The notes below the pieces were generated by a model, which worked only from the letters and a program-made list of their open reading frames with translations, ran no database searches and had not been told where the DNA came from. Position numbers and translations under genes: made by a program. 64,000 nucleotides of DNA, taken from Podarcis erhardii (taxonomy: Eukaryota). Position 1 is the stretch's first letter, and each line of letters starts with the position of its first letter. The DNA lies in NCBI GenBank assembly GCA_964252035.1, contig OZ176204.1; one strand, given 5' to 3'. This document shows positions 46,961-60,306 of this stretch, in pieces.

Positions 46961-48960
46961 TAAGATTGCCACATTTCTGTGTCTCTGTGTCACTCTGTTT
47001 CTTTCTCTCTTTAGTGGATAGCCTTCCAGTATATTGAAGGCATGTGTGTGCAGTAAGTAGTCTTTAGCTATGTTAAGACTTTTCTTTACTGGTGTGCCAT
47101 TTTTAACGTTCTAAAACACTGAAACCAGTATCCTTCTAAGCTTCCAAAAGATGGCACCTGCTATATTTGAATTTTTACCTTTGCATTAAATATCATCATA
47201 GATATTCATGTTTATAGCACACATATGCAAGCACTACTTCACATTTCAGACATTCTTGGATGTAAGGCCATATCTTCCTTTGGGCAGCAATATAGGTTGA
47301 AGACACTTTTGTGCATGAATGTCTAATAATTTTAAAAGGGACATGTGAATAAATCTTGTGAATCTCTACTGGAGAAACAATGTGGCCATATTTGGTATGC
47401 TTGCAAGAAATAAAATGTTTCCGTTTCGTTTTCCAGCAGTGACCATTGTGGCCCGACTGTCATGCAGGATCTCCTCAGGCTGAGGAGAGCTGCCTGTCTC
47501 TGCACACTTTACTGGATCTCATATTTTTAATGCTGAATCACTTATTTCTAACACTGTGCAGAGGCAATGTATAAACAAAAGGAAACATGCATAATCCCTA
47601 AACCAAGCTTAGGTTCCATGTGGAGTGTTGGAATATTGCAGTAGCTCTAGCTGCACCCAAACAATCCTAGAGATGGTCCTGTGGACCAGCCCGAGACTTG
47701 CGGGTATAGAGCGGTATACAAATGTAATAAATAATAATTATGTGGGGAGGAAACAGCTGGACTAGGCATAATTTTGTAGTTCCTTCATCTCGACTATATT
47801 TTGCTACCGAGTTTTCAGAGATCTTTGATGTATACACAGTATACAGTGTCTTCATATAGATGTTAGGGCCTTTTCAAAGTGAATTTCTCACATGACATAA
47901 ACCAGAACATACTGGATCTTTTGCCTTGACCAGTGCATTTCAGTAAGAAAAACTATAAACCTTAGACCGGTATGTTGTGTAGATTTATTTGATAGTTACG
48001 TAAATACTATTCTTTGAAAAAGAAGGAAGACATATCCATGAGCACGACAGATTTAATGATTTTACTTTTGGAGATCAAAAGTCAGAAATGCCATGCAATC
48101 TCCAAAAATGAGAAGTGTCTGAAGAACAGTCTTAGCTGGAATAGTAGAAATGTAACGATTCCTTTTTCTCCTGATCAGCACCACAATTGGCAGTTAACTT
48201 TAGATTACATTCATTAATAATCTCACACATTTCCTCCCTAATGCGCCTTCTCTATTCTAATCTCTCACAGTGGAAATTACAGTCTCTTCAGATCTGTTAG
48301 TTCTCCATAACGCTGAAGGGCTTGGCTTGAAACTCTAAGTTTGGTTGTTTGGTTGCCAATGGCTTGATTCTGTTAGCCAAGGCATTCTCTTGACTGACCT
48401 TACCATGGGCATAGAGCCTGTCAAAATGTCACCTCCAATACCATCAGGCCAAAACCCTATCTCAGGCCAGTTGTTGCTAATTGTCAGTCTGTGTCAGTCA
48501 TTCATGCTATTCAAATACCTAGTCATTCTATTCAAATATCTAGTCTTGACAAACTAGATTTTGTCACTTATGACAATGAGTTAAACCCCCTACCTCATCA
48601 CCACCTCCCCATCCTGACACAGGCACCTAGCATAATTGTGCAATTAGAAAAATGTTAGGTTAAATAACATAACTTTTTCCTATTTATACTAATGACAGCT
48701 AATGGTTCTCCCCCCCCCTCATTTTTAAAAAAAGACTCCTTAACTTCTGTATTTTTTTAAAATAACACATTTTCTCCTACACATTTCATTGTTCTTTTTA
48801 ATAGGATCTGCCAGGAAAATTCCTGAGCAAAAGCTCGAGATGTTCAACGTTATTATCTCATTGTCTATCCCTCGTGTTACAGCCTTACTGTGACTTCCTA
48901 ACTAATCAGCTATTTCAACTCTTGTTCCATAAGCTTTATGTCTGAGCATAATTAAATGAG

Positions 48961-49140
48961 NNNNNNNNNNNNNNNNNNNNNNNNNNNNNNNNNNNNNNNN
49001 NNNNNNNNNNNNNNNNNNNNNNNNNNNNNNNNNNNNNNNNNNNNNNNNNNNNNNNNNNNNNNNNNNNNNNNNNNNNNNNNNNNNNNNNNNNNNNNNNNNN
49101 NNNNNNNNNNNNNNNNNNNNNNNNNNNNNNNNNNNNNNNN
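48961..49140. other. N-run (180 bp)
   Basis: Seen directly. Confidence 0.98.
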
Positions 49141-50041
49141 TTAATAATGATAATAAATATGTCAGTCCTTTATTATCTGCTTAGAATTGGTGATGATTTC
49201 TATATTAATGCCACTTCAGTAATAGACCTCTGCTGGCTATTGTTGGCAGAGCTTTGATGGCTTGAGTAACCGGCAATCAGAATTTATAAAATTTATTATA
49301 GTTCAGATTGTATAAGAACATCCACTATATCATATGTGTAATTCTATTAACACCTAACATGCAGCTCATATAAATTACTAGGCTCAAACTGGAGAGGGCT
49401 GAGTAGGAAAATGATGTAAATTTTATAATGTCCATCTTCTAAGATGCTTTATTTTTAATTGAAATTTTGAGTAAACTTGACAGTAGGGTGGCTATTAGGG
49501 TGGCTATAAAATAGGTCAGTGCCATCAAAATAGCTACTTTACCTGTTTCTGGAATACTGATGTAATATGTGTGCCCTGTGATGTTCACTTGTCAACCTCA
49601 TCCTGCCCATTCCTTTTTCTCCCTGACACTGAGGCTGAAAGCAGACATTTCAGTGTTGCCACTGAAAAGACGAGACCCATGTTGTCTCTTCCTCATTAAT
49701 GATGTCTAATAATAAAAGAAGAGTGTTGTGGCATCTTGGTGCTGTTAATTTTCTTTCCCCAACCCTGCTTCATTAAATTTTCTGCTTCCCGGGAAAGGGA
49801 AACTTGGGGTGTTTTTTATACACCCGCCACTCAGTGCAGCACTGATCTATCTTGCCCTCTGCCCGTATATGGGAAATGACCTCAACTAAAGAGAGAGGGT
49901 AAGAATGCACAAGGACACTCTGATGCAATGCTGGAAAGATGCTACATCATGAAACATTGTCATTCTAATGCTGCATTCTGGGAGAACATATAGGCCTGGC
50001 TTACCATCAACAGTAGCTCCTGGTAGTTTCAAGCTATTAAA

Positions 50042-50042
50042 A

Positions 50043-50101
<59 letters not shown>
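50042..50101. repeat. (CA)n(GA)n microsatellite
   Basis: Seen directly. Confidence 0.95.
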
Positions 50102-50103
<2 letters not shown>

Positions 50104-51197
50104 ATTTTTCAAACACCGCCCCCCTATGTATCTCTCTTCCCAAATCTCTGAAATTTTTGTTTGGGGCTAGTTCTACTCAAAACATCCATGTAAACAGAGA
50201 TACAGTGGTTAACCTGCTCTAAAGATAGATAATTCTCCCACATCTCAGCTTAAACATTGTGGAGTTGTGTGATCAGGAAAGTTCCAAAAAATAATCCATC
50301 CCTTTATGCAAAAAGACCACCCTCTAAAGGATATATACAGAGAAATTTTCAAGTTTTATAGTTGTCTTTTAGCAAATTGTCCTCTTGAGAAACAATTAAT
50401 TTTATACCAAGGGAAAGTGCTTCTCATGGGAAAAAATAGATCAAATTATGGAGGAAGTTAGTTGGAGCCCACAATAGATGAAGAGGTGGCCCCGGCCACT
50501 CTAAATGAATCCCACAAACTGTGTCTTAAGGCACTAAAGGACCTTCCCATTGTAATCTGAGCCCCAGGTTGGGTGGTATTCAGTATCAGTCCTACCCAGA
50601 GTAGATCCACTGAAGTTAATAAACATGACTAACTTAGGTTCATTAACTTCACTGGGTGTGCTCTGAATAGGAGTTAGTTTAATGCAATTCACTGTAATTT
50701 TTGAAAATCCATGGATAATAGGAAAACTGTTGTGGAATTGGAGGCAGGCAAATGTTGATATGTCGCTTGTTGTTGATATGTTGATACCTAGAAATATTCT
50801 AGAACTAATGTTCAACAGGGTGTAGAATCAGCAGAGAGCCACATGCAACTTTGTTTGTTTGTCCAGTGTCTATGCCTGCATTTTCAGACAACATTTTAAT
50901 AACTACATTTTTAGGTGTAGTACACCTAAAAAACTTGGAGCATGATTCTTTGCATGTTTGTTTGGACAGCTCACTAAGTCCAATTGGAGTTATTTCCAAG
51001 TAAGTGTGCATAGACTTGCAACCTCAGACATACATCTAAAAGCAATGCTCCTTTAAAGGAGATTTTATGACTGATAGATTTACAGCAGCGGATACTTAAA
51101 ATGCAGTTTGTATTTGTCAAAGCAGTAAGGGCAGGCAGTGTGTTTTCCTACACTCTGCCTTGTAACCACATTTGTTTTTCTGATCCAGTGAATTGAA

Positions 51198-51199
<2 letters not shown>

Positions 51200-51241
<42 letters not shown>
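51200..51241. repeat. (AC)n microsatellite
   Basis: Seen directly. Confidence 0.95.
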
Positions 51242-51244
<3 letters not shown>

Positions 51245-53125
51245 CACAGGGTTGCCAACTGGATTTTTTGGCCCTGTATACTTCATGGGGATTGTGGGTG
51301 TAGGTGTGTCTCTCCTTCACGTGCTTGTTAAAAATATCTTGTTACACCAGTCACCCTGCTAGTTTGTTGCTTGCCTTCATCTGCTACTGTGCCCTTCCAT
51401 CTCTAAGGCTTCAATCTTACACCTACTTAATGAGGCTTGTTCTATTCCACCCAATGGAACCTGAAATGAGACTTACATATAATGATTTTGTATATCACTC
51501 CCCAACACACACACCACCACCACCACACCCTTTAATAGTGGACTTATGAAGAAAAATGAAAATGAGGAGAAAGACTGGCAGAAATTACAGTGGAAAGTGG
51601 AGAGGAAGAGAAAAGGAGAGGAAGTTGAGGAGAAAATACAAAAGGAAGAGGAAATGGGGTGAAAAACAGGATCATGTAGCAGATAGAAAATAGCAAAGTA
51701 AATGGCCAGAAAGCAATGGAAATGGAAATAGACGCCCCAGCTTGAAACAAACAAACCAACAGTCAGAGCAAAGGGTTGGAAGGCACACAAAACAAGGTTT
51801 CCCCTCTGCCTCCGCAATTGAACCAATTGCAGTGGCCAGTCAAGGGAGCCACTACAGGCATACTTGTGCTGCCCCTTTGGTTGGAAGCAGCGGTGGAGCG
51901 TGCTTTAATAACGCCTTGGGCTCATTAGATCCCAGCCTCACAACGCAGCATAGGGCTGGCTTGGGGGTGGCAGCGTGAGCAGTGCCCCCCCCCCAGTGCA
52001 CCTGGGGCAATCACCTTGGTAGCCCCCCCCCATGCCCTTGGTCTGATGTGAGTGTCGGCTGACTTTCTATTTAAATAAATCCCACCTCCCTGCCCAGGCA
52101 CAAAGAAGCATTGGAAGGGACCAGCCTCCTCAAGGAGGAGAAAGTGTACATGAAAAGAGGGAGAAGGGCTGCCTCTGCCTGCTTGCTTCAGGCAGCCATA
52201 CTATTTCATGATTAGGTTTGTGCTGAAAATTGTTTGGTGCTCGGGAGTGGTAGAGTTGGAGGAGTGAAGGTGATCCAGGCAGCTGGAATATCAGTCAAGG
52301 TGCACAGGATGCCAAATGTTATCAGGGCTCATAAATTACATTGGTTTGCAGTATGTAGTACAATAAGACCTGACAATCTTCTTCAGCAATCTAGAATGGC
52401 CTCCCTTCTCCCCACGTTGCTTAACACCCCGCCTGATGAACTCTAAAGCTTGCTCCATTTTGTGGACACTTTTGCTTGGCTTAATAAAAGTACTGCCCTG
52501 CTATGGAATTTACTGATTCAGTGGCCAATTTACTTGGTTTGGTGCGGTTGCATTGAAATAATACTGATTAAAGCAGATAAATGATTTTTGGTAAACTTTC
52601 TGGTGTCCCCATTACCATTTACTATGATCCTCTTATTATTCTACTCTTTTCTCCCTTCCCTGATATTAATATCTAATCTTCATCATAGATTGGGGTGCTT
52701 TGAGGTAGGAAAAGAATCATGTATGCTACTTAAAGTGCCTTGTTGGGAATGTATGTGTTTGTGCACAGTCTTGCATTTATTGCATATACTCTGTAGTGAT
52801 GTCCAGTGATATTTTACAGCTAGCTGTTGTTTTGTAATAGTTGAACCATATATTACTGTGATCAATGTTGTGACCTCAGGGAAATTGCTTATATAATTAC
52901 ATAAAGTTTACAGTTGTAAGACAAGGAAAGGGGAAAATACATCACTGTAAAATATAAATATGTTTAAATTACATTTAGGATTTGGAATAGTTCCTTGCTT
53001 GTGTTTTACAGAGTAATCTGTGATTTAAATCAGGTTTAGTTGTGTGTGTGTTCCCCCCTCCCCAAATTGGGTATTATAAATCATGAGTAGTTGCTGCATA
53101 TATAGTACACAAGAGGGTTTCTTAT

Positions 53126-53257
53126 NNNNNNNNNNNNNNNNNNNNNNNNNNNNNNNNNNNNNNNNNNNNNNNNNNNNNNNNNNNNNNNNNNNNNNNNNNN
53201 NNNNNNNNNNNNNNNNNNNNNNNNNNNNNNNNNNNNNNNNNNNNNNNNNNNNNNNNN
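53126..53257. other. N-run (132 bp)
   Basis: Seen directly. Confidence 0.98.
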
Positions 53258-56200
53258 TTTTATTGCATTTGCCTTTGAGGACTTTGTTGGTTTATTTGTA
53301 TCGGAAGAAAAGGGAAGGCACTAAATTATAATTGCTTTGTAATTAGAGTCCAAGTAAAAGTAGCAAGCAAGTCTGCATAGGATAAGTTAAAGTAGCAAAG
53401 GATGAGTCTCAACAAGATGAGCACTATTAGTACAGTGTCTAAGAGACTGAGGTATGAATCAGGAAGTCTCCCGTTCAAATGTCACCTTTGTCACAAACAC
53501 AAAGCGTCCATGGAAAAGCCACTCTTCTCTCCAACCCCTTCCTTTTCAATATGGAGTGGGTACATTTGGTCTACATTACAGGCTTGCTGGAATACTTATA
53601 ACAAAGTAATGCTCTAAACACTAGAAAACTCACTATACTCGTTGTTGTTGTCATTTAGCATATTGTGCTGTTGAAAATTGCTGTTCCGGTTTTCAGAACA
53701 GAGTTCGGGTGTCTAAATTTATCCTTTTTTTACATGTTCGTCAAATAGGAATCCTCATAAAAACTTCACAGTTTGAGACAGTTATTATCCCTCTTCAAGT
53801 ATTTCAAGCCATGAGGTCATAAATACTAAATATGTGCCTGTGTCACAACTGTCGGATTATGCATGCACAAAATTACTGGGTATAATTTTTTTAGAAAAAG
53901 TAAAAAATAGCAGACCAAAGCCTATACAGATAAACTTCTTGGGAGAAAAGTAATTATTTCTTGGATTAAACGTTTGGCCAGTTCAGTTCATATGCATAGT
54001 CCCTTAAAAAAAAGCACCTCTGACCGAAAACATACACCCTTGCTTAGTTTTAAGTGTAGTTTCCGAGAACCAAACTCTGGGATTGGGCTGGATGATGTTG
54101 ATTAATAGGTGTGTGAGGGTGAAAGACTCCAGGGCCAAGCAGTAGGTCCATCTTGGTGGCATCTGATGTTGATTGGCTTTGTCCTGCGTGGCTGCACTGG
54201 AAGAGTGGACATTAAGATTAAGTGATGCTGTCGTGTCGAGGAGAACTGCACTGCATCATTCTGGGAAGAGACAGCTGTGGTGGTTAATCCTTCATCACCA
54301 AGGGAGCGCTGCCAGCAGAAAGATATACAGTCAAAGATAACCCTCCATAACTTGTGCTAAAGATCAGAAAACTTTGAATTCACATCCATCTGCTTAGTCT
54401 AGGGGTGAAGATGAAAGATAGGTAGAATAGGAAATAAAGCAAATAAAATAAAATAAAATAAAATAATCCCCTGGGATTAATCTTGAGCACTGTACACCGC
54501 ACAAAGAGGGGAAAAGGCAAGAAGATAAAGCTTTCACATGCTGTATCTTAAAGAGATCAGACTCGTTCAGATCAGTTTAGCTTAATTGCCTTTAATGCTC
54601 ATAGTGACTTAATATGTATGTTGCCATTTTCCCTAGGAATAAAACAAGAAAGCTACTCCTTGTATACTGTGGGTCTCTTAATACGCTGCTGATAGGATGA
54701 TACACTAGTATTTGACAACAGAAAACACCTGAGCAAAATTAATCACAAATACCTTAGCTCCCCCCCCCGCCCCTCAAAAACATGTGATTAAATTTCCCTT
54801 TACATATGCATAACTTCGGTGATATGCATAATTTTCCTACCTATCCATGAGAATTACCAGCCCAAAACACGATGAGGATTTTTCATCCCCCCCCCACTTC
54901 CAGTTTTATAAAGCATACCATATTTAAATGGAAAAAAATATCTAAATAAGTGATCTAAATAGAAAAGTTAAAAATATGACAATCGCACTGTATTTTAAAA
55001 TTACATTATATCATTTGTAATATTTTGGATCTCATGAGGAGTGTGCATTGTTACACCAAGAACCAATAAACGTTGTCCAACTCTGTCTAAACCTATTGTA
55101 TTTGGTTTCTGCTTGCCTCCTTCCACTTCTTTCATGAGGGTTCTTTTGCTCAAATCAAAATACTGTACTGAAATAAAATTATGCACAAAACATGAGCAGA
55201 TGCACAATTGTAACAGCCACAACTATAGCTCTCATGGTTTTGTCAGTCTCTTCATTTAATTAGGACAAGTGTGGCAAGAACTTCTGCAGTGTTTGGGGAG
55301 ATGGTGAATTGTTCAGGATTTACTTAGCTGTTTTTGCACAACTTTTTGTGCCACTGAAACATAGACCCTGAAGATATATAATGCAGACCCAAATTATTCA
55401 CTGAATTGTTTTCTGTTCTTACTCCCAAATGACATTTTTTTTACTCCCAAATGGCCTGATACCTCTCTTCTGTGGACTCTCTGGCCATGTCTTGTTGCAG
55501 TTAAGGGTTTTAAGGTTATGCCCTGCATTTGTGTTCTTGGTCTAATGCTGATGTTTGTATTGTTGACTGTTTTGGGTCAACTTGTAGATTCTGACTTCTC
55601 TTGGCCTTTGTACCCTATTCAACAGTTCTGAGCTGTACCTTCCTTTTTTACATTACTCCATTTAGAATGAGTCATTTTGGGCACTCTGCTGCCTGAATCA
55701 CATACTGTCTCGGTAATGTTCACATTACACATAACACTCATTACACATTTGAGAATTATAAACCTGTGTGTGCACGGCATTGTTTGTATGTGTTCATTTA
55801 ACACTGTGCCAAATTTTCATGATTAATGATTTTCAATGAAAATGTCCCTTTTCTTTAGAAGTGGTTGGGGTTGTTTTTGTCAAATTTCCAAGTTTTGAAG
55901 GAAAAAATGGGTTTTGTGTTGAAAATGGCTGCTTTTGGTTTATATGATTGGTGCTCTTCTTTTTTTCACACTTTGATTCCCATTGTGCTTCAAGTTCTTC
56001 ATTAGCATTGCATGCACATATCTTGATATGAATGTTTTCCAAGAGTTTCCTCTAGACAGATGTATTTTACTCCCTTTCTCAGGCCACAGTTTGAGGTGCT
56101 TCAGCTCCCATTTTCCTGCAATTGGTTGTGTATAGATGATGCCAGTGATATATAGCAGTAGCTACCTGATAAACTCTCTATTCCTGGCAGTAACTTTTGT

Positions 56201-56947
56201 AAATGTTATTTGACATTACGCAGCCCATAATGCTCTAGTGTGGAAATATCATGACATCATGGTGGAGTTTGTCACTGACATGTAATTAACAAAAACACAT
56301 GAGCAAAAAATATATATGAAATGATATCATGCAGGCATGCGAAAGATAGGAGTCCCATGGTTAGGGGAGAAGAATTGAGAAGGCTGCATGATTTTTGCAA
56401 AAGTGAACACCAACATCAGAGTGGATGATTAGGTTTTTCTTACTCTTGGTTGTACCAATATGCTTGATATAGTTGTTAGTAACAAATAGTGAAGTTGTCT
56501 CTAATAACCTGCAATGTTTGCAAGACATTAGGATTTCCTTAGAATTGTCAGGAATTGTTAATGGGCTTTTCAGAGTCCCTTATGTTATCTTAATGAATGA
56601 CACGAGAGAATATCTTATGGTTATAATAATATACGTGCCTGGTGGCATTTATTGCCTGGCTTCTTGTCTATTCTTTTGTGAATTCACCAAACACTGTGCT
56701 GCATTTGTGAAATTTCAGCCTAATGTCGCGAAAATACATCTCGCGCCCCCAATAACACACTTAGGCCTGATTTGAATGCTTCATGTTTGAATTTATTTAT
56801 TTACGTTTTCAGTTTATTTACATTTCTAGGTACAGGACTGGTTGCAAAATAAAATTTAAAAAAGCTCTTCAATTTGTTTTCAATGTAAGTAGCTATAACG
56901 TTGGTTATAAAGTATCAAGGTAAACTTCCTATACTTAAATCCCAAAG

Positions 56948-57070
56948 CAGGTGTAAGGAAGCTGTGGTTTCCTAGATGTTGTTCAACTCTCCAACTATTG
57001 GCTATGCTGGCTGGGCTGCTGGGAGTGGGGAAATAACAACTTTGAGAGGGTCACAGATTCTCCACCCATG
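56948..57070. mobile_element. Old palindromic hAT-like MITE (family of 3011-3118)
   Basis: caggtgtaaggaagctgtgg...agatgttgtt ... aacaactttgagagggtcacagattctccacccatg; degenerate inverted ends. Confidence 0.5.
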
Positions 57071-58141
57071 TGGTATGTGTTATTGAAAATGTACTATGCT
57101 CAACTTTTTTGCGTCAATTGAAATAGAAGACTTTAATGTGGTATGTCATAATGAACAGAGCAAACATGATGAGGCTTTAGAATGTGAGGCTGGTACAGGA
57201 GGGGTTAACACACTGACTAATGTGGTAGGTTTACAAGCAATGGCCTTTCTTTGTTCTGTTTTATCATACACATTTATCACGTTCAACCTGGCAACCCAAC
57301 CAAATAGCTGTTTAAGTTGTAAAAATGAATCATAGTGCAATCTCATGAACTGTATATGATATAACCAAGCCTAATAACATTATACAGCAAAACCTGTAAT
57401 CCTTTTTGATGCTATATTCCCTTTTAACATGTATCAATCTTTCCATTATTTTTTCTTTTTAATATGAATCATTTTTTGTGTGTTATGGAATGAAGAGAAA
57501 TTGGCTATTTTCAATACTGCCATACCATTCAAAGTAACAAGGAATATTTGTATTTTTTATTTCTAAAATTAGGCCTCGTTTGCTCTAGAAATAAAGAAGG
57601 AGGCTTAAATAACAAAGATGCAACTATTATTTAAAATGTTTATATATATATCGGAAGGTTAAACCTGATTGTTTGTTTCTAAAGGGGTGTGTGTGTGTAA
57701 AGATTGTCCCCTCTGTCTTGCCCATGCAGAATAGACTTGAATGAAAAAAATATTAGATTTCAGTGAGTTGCGTCAGCGTATTTCAGACTGCTGGGCTATG
57801 CATGTTTTGCAGCTGGTTCTGGTGCATTTGTCAAGTTGTGATTGATGAGCATCATCGCTCTAAAGTGTAAAAGAAAATGTCTTGGCATAGGGGGACATGA
57901 TGAACTGCCGTCTGGCAGGCACTATAGACACGGATGGTCACCGTTTTGCTTTTGCTTTCTTCGTGCCTCCCCCATCTGTGCTGCCCTTGCCAGAATCCAC
58001 AGAAGTCACCAGGAGCAGCTCAACCCAGCCTTTAGCCTTCTGATATCACTTTGGTAGTTGTCAGATCATATGAAGTGTCAAAATTCATAGGGCCTTCTCC
58101 ATGAAAAGATACATTCAGTACAGCTGCTGCATACCTACATA

Positions 58142-58504
58142 NNNNNNNNNNNNNNNNNNNNNNNNNNNNNNNNNNNNNNNNNNNNNNNNNNNNNNNNNNN
58201 NNNNNNNNNNNNNNNNNNNNNNNNNNNNNNNNNNNNNNNNNNNNNNNNNNNNNNNNNNNNNNNNNNNNNNNNNNNNNNNNNNNNNNNNNNNNNNNNNNNN
58301 NNNNNNNNNNNNNNNNNNNNNNNNNNNNNNNNNNNNNNNNNNNNNNNNNNNNNNNNNNNNNNNNNNNNNNNNNNNNNNNNNNNNNNNNNNNNNNNNNNNN
58401 NNNNNNNNNNNNNNNNNNNNNNNNNNNNNNNNNNNNNNNNNNNNNNNNNNNNNNNNNNNNNNNNNNNNNNNNNNNNNNNNNNNNNNNNNNNNNNNNNNNN
58501 NNNN
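58142..58504. other. N-run (363 bp)
   Basis: Seen directly. Confidence 0.98.
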
Positions 58505-59090
58505 ATTATACAGCTGCACAAGCCGCCTTCGGAGGACAGGGACCTGGCTGATAATGGACACATTTTTTGTTGGCAAGAGGAAAATATGTTATGGCAGAAA
58601 AGAGTGCAGATTGATAAATTAATTGGCCTTTTTCACTGTTCCAAGAGCAAACTTGGCCAGCAACAGCAAGGCAGATTAAGTGAATAAATGAAGTGACCCT
58701 CCTTATCCATTCCCTTATCCTTTCATTGTTACACCTGTGCAAAACAAAAGCAACTTGGTGGGCTACCTTGCTCAAATGGCAGAGTTCATGACTCTTCATT
58801 TTAAAGCTTGTATTGTAAAGCTGTTGACTCTTGGTGATTAAGGCAATTATATGAAGCAATTTGTGTTGCACCTTTAAGGTAGGGCATAAGGAACCGATTG
58901 GAAGCTTTGGGAGAGATGCAAATTCTGCCAAGCTTTGGGCTGTTGTACAGAGAATTAGCCTGGGCTTATGAACACATGAAACTCCTTTAATATTGAGTTG
59001 GGCTATTAGTCCATCTAACCCAATATTGTGTGTTACAAATTTGTGCTTCATTATTGAGATACAGGCAGGAATATCTGAACCATTCATGGG

Positions 59091-59122
59091 TTTGTTTGTT
59101 TGTTTGTTTGTTTGTTTGTTTG
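59091..59122. repeat. (TTTG)n microsatellite
   Basis: Seen directly. Confidence 0.95.
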
Positions 59123-60135
59123 AATTGCTATGGTAGGAAAATCTAGAGATCACCACCCATCACTTCTGATTTAAGAGCTATATACTATAATAACTATAAT
59201 TATTTTATACATTACAAGTTCTGAAGAAATTGACAACAGCTTGCTAGAAAAGCAGGTTGTGATGTATCAGTTAATTCCTCACTTGATGGTCCCCCTCCAT
59301 GTCCCATGTCCAGAATCCGTTTCTGGATTGCTGACTCCCCTGCCTTCTGTACCTATCTTAATTCTTTGCCAGGTCTGTTCAGACGTCACAGGTGGATTCT
59401 GTTGTTTTGGCATTGAAGCAGACTGCCTGACCTAGACTTGCCACCCCTCAAAGAGCAGAAGCCCCTGGTGTTATAGTTCTATTAACTTAGTTGCTTTAAT
59501 ATAGAAATTTTCAACCTGGGCACAGAATGTGTTGGGTTCCACGGGAAGACTGAATTTCAAAGACCACAAACAACTGGCTAATTTAAACAGTGTCTGTGTG
59601 TTGCATTTAAACCACAATATTTCAAATGAATCCATGGTGATGTAGAATACTTGCCCAGCTTTGGAGCCTCTTATTAGAAAATCTTCTTACTTAGGTCTCA
59701 TGGCACTCCCTCTAATGCACACTAGAATGTCTGGTGTACCAAGTCACTGTGGAACCACTACATGGTTGGATTGCTGGTGATTAGGAAAGTTGGAGGAGAG
59801 AGCCCTTTCTTTACTTTCCTATTCATCCACTTCTCAATGAGGCTGTTTCCCTCTCACCTTGAGATGTATAAAAAGATGTGGAGAAGTGATGTGTTGGGAG
59901 GGACCTCTTCCAACCTCATAATCCTTCAACGAAGGCACTGCAATATTGAGAAAGGGAAAGAAGAGCCCAACCCCTTAGCACTCCCTCCCTTGCACATTAA
60001 ACTCAATGAGCAGATAATTCCCCAGCATCCTAATACTGCAATCCTGTAGATGTTGACTCAAAAGAAAATGTAACTGAGTTAATTGGGACTTACTCCCAGG
60101 TAAGTAATGATGCCTATTTATTACAGGTTCTATTA

Positions 60136-60306
60136 GTTACAGATAGGTAGCCGTGTTGGTCTGCCATAGTCAAAACAAAACAATTTCCTTCCAGTAGCAC
60201 CTTAAAGACCAACTAAGTCAGTTCTTGGTATGAGCTTTCGTGTGCATGCACACGAAAGCTCATACCAAGAACTGACTTAGTTGGTCTTTAAGGTGCTACT
60301 GGAAGG
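60136..60306. mobile_element. Penelope pLTR fold-back insertion with a loop-less 120-bp perfect palindrome
   Basis: Palindrome 60187-60306 centred on gtgtgca|tgcacac; 12-bp TSD aggttctattag at 60125-60136 and 60304-60315. Confidence 0.9.

Noticed and set aside
51540-51740. Purine-rich Glu/Lys-coding stretch
   Set aside because: Low complexity with stops; no splice signals.
21225-60306. All four Penelope insertions share one orientation
   Set aside because: Four of four has a 1-in-8 chance at random; too few to infer strand bias or host-gene direction.
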